A model generated the notes under the pieces. That model was not told the origin of the DNA. It searched no databases and saw only the letters and a list, made by a program, of their open reading frames with translations. A DNA stretch of 60,664 bases, taken from contig JAAZEL010000061.1 in the NCBI GenBank assembly GCA_012512325.1, positions 1 through 60,664 on the forward strand. The letters run 5' to 3'. Below are positions 59,267 to 60,664 of the stretch, piece after piece. How positions within the stretch are numbered: position 1 is the first letter of the stretch; each line of letters opens with the position of its first letter. This DNA comes from Candidatus Fermentithermobacillaceae bacterium. Its GTDB lineage: Bacteria; Bacillota; Sulfobacillia; Fermentithermobacillales; Fermentithermobacillaceae. The position numbers were made by a program, and so were the translations under genes.

Positions 59267-60178
59267 TCACTGCTCAAGGTGTTCTTGCAGCGCTTGGTAG
59301 ACCTCCACTGCCGGACGGGCCAAGAGAAAGTCAGGACCGATGACGTACGGCGTTATTCCGCTGAAAAACGCGACAATCTTCCCGGATTGCATAACAGGAC
59401 TCCCGCTCATACCGGGGCCGACCTCCACGTCATCATCAAGCAGTTGTAAAACAAGAAAATGGCCATCCTTCAACGTGGTAAACCCCATGACCTCAACCCG
59501 GATATCTCCTGTGCTCAATGTGCGGATGACCGCTTCTTCTCCAACCTTTATATCTTCTTCCCCTGCGAGTGGAATCGCCTTGCGGTCAGGTTCGGGGCAT
59601 TTCACTTTCTCAATAGCCACCCCCTCTTGGACATCAGCCAACCCCCGTACTTTAGGAGACGGCCCCGCGGGCAAAGCTTCGCTGTCTTCGGTAAGATCAA
59701 GAACGTCGCCGGCTTCTAATCCGCACGAGTGAGCGGCGATAGCGCAGAGGTCATCATCAGGGACATAAAAGCACACGGTTACCCATGACCTTCTCAGTTC
59801 TATGGAGGTGCGCTGTTCAACCAGGGCCGACCATTTGAACAGTTCCCCGCCGGGAACAACTGAAACCTCCAGCGTAGGCAGAGGCTGAAGGGGCCTTTCA
59901 GAAATCATTTCGTAGGCGAACAAGTCTCCTCCAAGTGTATAAACGCACACGCCCATCATCACAACGAAGGCAAGTACCGGCACCCACCAGCGCCTGTGGA
60001 GGGTATAGGCACAATAGCAGAAGAGACCTACGAGAACTGTCAAACGGTGTCCCACTCTTAGGAACTCAAAGGGCAGCACGAACACGGCTGCAACGCACAA
60101 GAGCATCGTCACTCCAGCGGTTATCTTCTTCGCCTTAGGCGAAATCCGGCCGACCAGCCTGTCTGCTTGATCAGACAT
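59267..60178 (-). CDS. Membrane-anchored SpoIVB/S55-type serine peptidase lacking PDZ
   Basis: Three N-terminal TM helices; TVCFYVPDDDLCAIAAH, AIPLAGEEDIKVGEEAVIRT and GMSGSPVMQSGKIV align with SpoIVB motifs. Confidence 0.75.
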   Translation of the reverse strand: MSDQADRLVGRISPKAKKITAGVTMLLCVAAVFVLPFEFLRVGHRLTVLVGLFCYCAYTLHRRWWVPVLAFVVMMGVCVYTLGGDLFAYEMISERPLQPLPTLEVSVVPGGELFKWSALVEQRTSIELRRSWVTVCFYVPDDDLCAIAAHSCGLEAGDVLDLTEDSEALPAGPSPKVRGLADVQEGVAIEKVKCPEPDRKAIPLAGEEDIKVGEEAVIRTLSTGDIRVEVMGFTTLKDGHFLVLQLLDDDVEVGPGMSGSPVMQSGKIVAFFSGITPYVIGPDFLLARPAVEVYQALQEHLEQ

Positions 60179-60385
60179 ACATGATCACCCTTTGTACAAG
60201 GAAAATGCCTTCTTGCGATGGCATATTATGTTTATTGGAGCTGATTCGTCACGCTTTCGGCGGGTTCTTTTTCCATCCGGGGATTGTGCCTCCCCCACCA
60301 GGAGTCCGGCCTGGATTTGATCAGTCTACACCATCCCATGGGTCGAAGGCATTGCGGGAAGTCTTTGCTGGAGCAGTGAGTCTGA

Positions 60386-60462
60386 TGGTGGGCGGTGAGG
60401 GACTTGAACCCCCGGCCTCTTGCATGGCAAGCAAGCGCTCTGACCAACTGAGCTAACCGCCC
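60386..60462 (-). tRNA. tRNA with anticodon GCC (Gly) on a tRNA-Val(GAC)-type body
   Basis: Full cloverleaf GGGCGGT/ACCGCCC, A73, CCA; anticodon arm CTTGC-TTGCCAT-GCAAG. Confidence 0.9.
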
Positions 60463-60469
60463 GCATCGC

Positions 60470-60543
<74 letters not shown>

Positions 60544-60567
60544 ATGTGTCTACCCTAAAGCTAAGAA

Positions 60568-60642
60568 TGGAGCGGAAGACGGGATTTGAACCCGCGGCCC
60601 TCGCCTTGGCAAGGCGATGCTCTACCACTGAGCTACTTCCGC
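60568..60642 (-). tRNA. tRNA-Gly(GCC)
   Basis: GCGGAAGTAGCTCAGTGGTAGAGCATCGCCTTGCCAAGGCGA...TTCCGCTCCA; canonical C2:G71 and U73. Confidence 0.97.
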
Positions 60643-60650
60643 TCGTTAGA

Positions 60651-60664
60651 TGGTGCCGCAGGCC
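60651..60664 (-). tRNA. 3' end of another tRNA, truncated by the window edge
   Basis: ...CTGCGGC-A-CCA end; isotype cannot be determined. Confidence 0.65.

Noticed and set aside
60295-60340. tRNA-Sec-like fragments (TCAAATCCAG, GACTCCTG) downstream of the tRNA cluster
   Set aside because: No acceptor stem or cloverleaf can be built; likely chance.
59100-60385. Integrated element at the tRNA 3' end
   Set aside because: No integrase, no duplicated tRNA 3' end and no clear compositional shift in the window.

Overview
About 60 kb of chromosomal DNA from a GC-rich, probably spore-forming Bacillota anaerobe. Sporulation is inferred from YtaF, a SpoIVB-type protease, a GerMN protein and SigH/SigK-like promoters. 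The gene content points to peptide and amino-acid utilisation: an Opp ABC system, two M20 amidohydrolases, an M14 peptidase plus an amidohydrolase, an NSS transporter, SdaAB/SdaAA and a But-like CoA-transferase. Also present are metal transport (FeoAB, MgtE, ZIP, YtaF/MntP), housekeeping genes (purA, serS, glpX, nagA, nagB, pncA, mtnA), an FMN riboswitch, a Ser T-box, a PyrR-type hairpin and a terminal tRNA cluster. I found no CRISPR array, integrase or transposase. Most notable: (1) an uncharacterised four-gene membrane cassette (DUF6754-like gene plus three hypothetical membrane genes, 54810-57730), with a second diverged and frameshifted paralogous copy at 2912-4959; both sit behind the same SigH-like promoter architecture, making this a candidate undescribed transport system. 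(2) A tRNA with a Val-type body but a Gly (GCC) anticodon, lying next to a genuine tRNA-Gly(GCC). (3) A membrane-anchored SpoIVB/S55-type protease lacking the PDZ domain. (4) A recurring SigH-type promoter upstream of the peptide-catabolic genes. (5) Several degenerate tandem-repeat expansions (15, 22, 33, 36 and 45-48 bp). All family assignments come from motif recognition by eye, not from database searches.
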